This document shows positions 61,702 through 64,000 of a stretch of 64,000 nucleotides of DNA, one piece after another. This stretch comes from an uncultured delta proteobacterium (lineage in GTDB: Bacteria; Desulfobacterota; Syntrophorhabdia; Syntrophorhabdales; WCHB1-27): positions 9,915 to 73,914 of the forward strand of contig CAWGEZ010000060.1 in NCBI GenBank assembly GCA_963821605.1. Reading direction: 5' to 3'. Every line of letters starts with the position of its first letter. The stretch's first letter is position 1. A program made the position numbers and the translations under genes. A model generated the notes under the pieces. The model was given only the letters and a program-made list of their open reading frames with translations. It was not told the DNA's origin and did no database searches.

Positions 61702-62145
61702 TCACGCCTTGCGTTCTGCTTCCTTTACCTTGCTTATGTCAAAATCGCCGTCGAGAAGCTCTGTAAGCACGCCACAGAGTTTGTTTGGCTTGTGTATGAA
61801 GGCATAACGATTGCCGAAGAGAGCGCGGGGCCTCTCGTCGATCAGGTCGACACCCTTTGCTTTCAGCTCAGCTAGCGCTCCGTCGAGATTATCCACCTTG
61901 TATGAGATGAGGAAGACCCCTTCCCCCCTCTTTTCGATAAACTTTGCAACTTCGCCTTCGGGGCCTGTCGATTCCATGAATTCCACCGCTACCTCGCCGA
62001 CATAGTAGCGCGCGACCTTGATAGACTCGGACTCTGCAACGTATTCAACTGTCGGCACCAGACCGAAATTCTCCTCGTAGATCTTCTTCGTACGCTCCAG
62101 GTTTTCAACCGCAAAACAGATGTGGTCTATCTTCTCGATCTTCAT
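61702..62145 (-). CDS. VOC-family protein (methylmalonyl-CoA epimerase / glyoxalase-like)
   Basis: 147 aa: IDHICFAVENLERTKKIYEENFG...VAVEFME...GEGVFLISYKVDNLDGAL...FIHP. Confidence 0.7.
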   Translation of the reverse strand: MKIEKIDHICFAVENLERTKKIYEENFGLVPTVEYVAESESIKVARYYVGEVAVEFMESTGPEGEVAKFIEKRGEGVFLISYKVDNLDGALAELKAKGVDLIDERPRALFGNRYAFIHKPNKLCGVLTELLDGDFDISKVKEAERKA

Positions 62146-64000
62146 TTTGCCCTGCCGGACTGTCCTCCGGCCTCACTTGCAGCCTTCTTCTTAGAAGGGT
62201 TCAAGGTATTTTGCCTTATCTCGCTCGACCCTGGCCCTCGAACCCTTGAACCCTGTTTCTCCTCCAGCGCTTTCACTATCTTGTCGGGTGTAATGGGAAA
62301 CTCGTGGATGTACGTCCCGATCGCGTTGCAGATGGCCGCAGCATAGCCTTGCGCCGCGGACATGGCTATCGACATGGCGGCTTCTTTTGCGCCGTAGGGA
62401 CCGTTGGGGTCATGCGACTCTACAATGATGTTGTTGATCTTCGGCATGTCGCAGGCGAGCGGCAGCTTGTAGTCAAGCTGGGTGGGGTTGAGGACCCTTC
62501 CGCCGTCGAAGATGTGGTACTCGGTGAGCATGCCTCCCTGGCCACCCATCGCCAGCCCCCCCTCAAACTGGCTCTCGATGATCTTGGGATTCAGGGCGTA
62601 GCCAACGTCCTGGGCTGCCCATGCTTCAAGTACCGTGACGTGGCCGGTTTCCGGGTCCACCTCCACCTCCACGATGGTCGTACCGAAGGAAAAAGCTTCA
62701 GAGAGCTGGCCCGAAGGATTTTCCACCCACTCGCGCCGTGAGTCCACTTTCGGCCAGTAGGCGCCTTGTCCGCTGATCGACTGGCCTCTGGAGAGCCCCA
62801 TGCGGACAGCGCGCGTCAGGGACAGGCTGCGCTCGGGCTCGCCTTTGACCATGATCTTTCTGTCTTTCGCGATCAGGTCTTCCGGTTTCGCCTCCAGCGC
62901 CTTTGCGGCTATAACAAAGAGTTTCTGCTTTGCATCCTGCAGCGGCGAGTCGTACCGCGTTTCCCCCGACAAAGGTGGAGACCATGGAATAGGAGCCCGG
63001 ATCGCTGGGCGTTACTTCAGTGTCCGCGGAGATGAGCTGGACGTCCTCGGGTGCAAGGCCCAGTTCTTCCGCGGCAATCTGCACGAGCATGGTTTCATTG
63101 CCCTGCCCGTTATCGACAACGCCGGAAATAACCGTGATGCCGCCGTCTTCGTTGAATTTGATGAATGCCTCCGACCCGCCCCTGATACCCATGGGAAATC
63201 CCGTCTGAACGGAGTTGCAGCCGATGCCGATGCCATGGAAGGCAGGCAGCTTTCCCCATTTCTCTTTCCAGCGTGCTGCCTCTGCCGACTTTACGATGGT
63301 CTCGGTCATACCGCAGCTTCCCACGTAGGACTTTGTCGGCGTGGTATCACCCGGCTGCCGGGCGTTGCGCAGGCGCATGGTCACGGGGTCTATGCCCAGC
63401 TCTTCGCCCAGCATGTCGAGCTGCAGGTCCACGCCGCAGGCGAAGGCCCTGCCGTGGCAGCGGTACATGCCCCGGATAGGCTTATTGGTGAGTACGCGGT
63501 AGCCGTTATAGCGGACATTCTCCATGCGGTAGGCCTGCTCCATGCACAAGAAAGGCACACTGGTCGCGATGGGTCCCGTGCTCGAATAGGCCCCGCCATC
63601 CATGTAGCAGGTGACATCGCGGGCCTGGACGCGCCCTTCGCGGTCGACCCCGGTCTTGATGATCGCCTTCATGCCGTGTGCCTGACGCGTTGCTATCGAG
63701 TTTTCTTCCCGTGTGTAGACGATCTTGACGGGACGGCCCGACTTCCGGGCGAGAAGGGCACACATCACGTCCGCGGGAGAGATCTCCGACCTTCCGCCGA
63801 ACGCTCCGCCTATGGTGATCTTGCGCACGCGCACCTTGTTGAGCGGCATTTTGAGCACGTTCGCCAGCGGCTTCGCCTTGAGGTGAGGACCCCCATTCGG
63901 CATCCAGATTTCCAGGTTGCCCGCATTGTCGAACTGGGCGACCACGGCGTACGGTTCAGCCTGGAAGTACGATTCCTCGGGAGCATCAAAGGTATCTTCT
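62142..64000 (-). CDS. Molybdopterin-binding subunit of a xanthine dehydrogenase / aldehyde oxidoreductase-family enzyme (4-hydroxybenzoyl-CoA reductase alpha-like); N-terminus outside the window; frameshift near 62960
   Basis: The ORFs 62698..63945 and 62142..972 join. GGAFGGR, the GQG..T pattern (DNGQGNETM) and the C-terminal Mo-binding domain are typical of this family. Confidence 0.75.

Overview
This is a 64-kb chromosomal window that is fairly GC-rich. Gene content looks like an anaerobic Deltaproteobacteria/Syntrophales-type organism, but that taxonomic guess is inference only. Housekeeping genes include proS, acs, rpmB, relA/spoT, mreB, pfk, prmA and two PP-loop tRNA thiolation enzymes. 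Transport genes include two DctP-type TRAP receptors, one dctQM pair, a TAXI receptor, a LivK-type binding protein, and MATE and EamA exporters. Signalling genes include two paralogous PAS hybrid histidine kinases flanking a CheB-CheR-PAS fusion, a REC-PAS-GGDEF regulator and a GAF/degenerate-GGDEF protein. I found no rRNA, tRNA or CRISPR. Accessory content is of three kinds. (1) At 0.99-4.7 kb there is a decayed type II restriction-modification pair next to an HNH nuclease. (2) At 53.0-58.4 kb there is what I read as an integron-type cassette array: 7-8 short minus-strand units (four toxin-antitoxin pairs, GNAT, SAM-methyltransferase, SnoaL-like, possibly a nitroreductase), each ending in an attC-like site. 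Three units show perfect R''/R' complementarity across the cassette, and a truncated divergent integrase-like N-terminus lies beside the array. (3) Several dispersed intergenic repeat families are present: MITE-like elements with 12-bp terminal inverted repeats, a recurrent AGCATCCTGTAAGG word, and long hairpins with low-complexity arms. About 27 genes, including essential ones, need one or more frameshifts to be read through. Sequence indel error is therefore a serious alternative to pseudogenisation throughout. All calls come from reading the sequence and recognising motifs; no database search was run.
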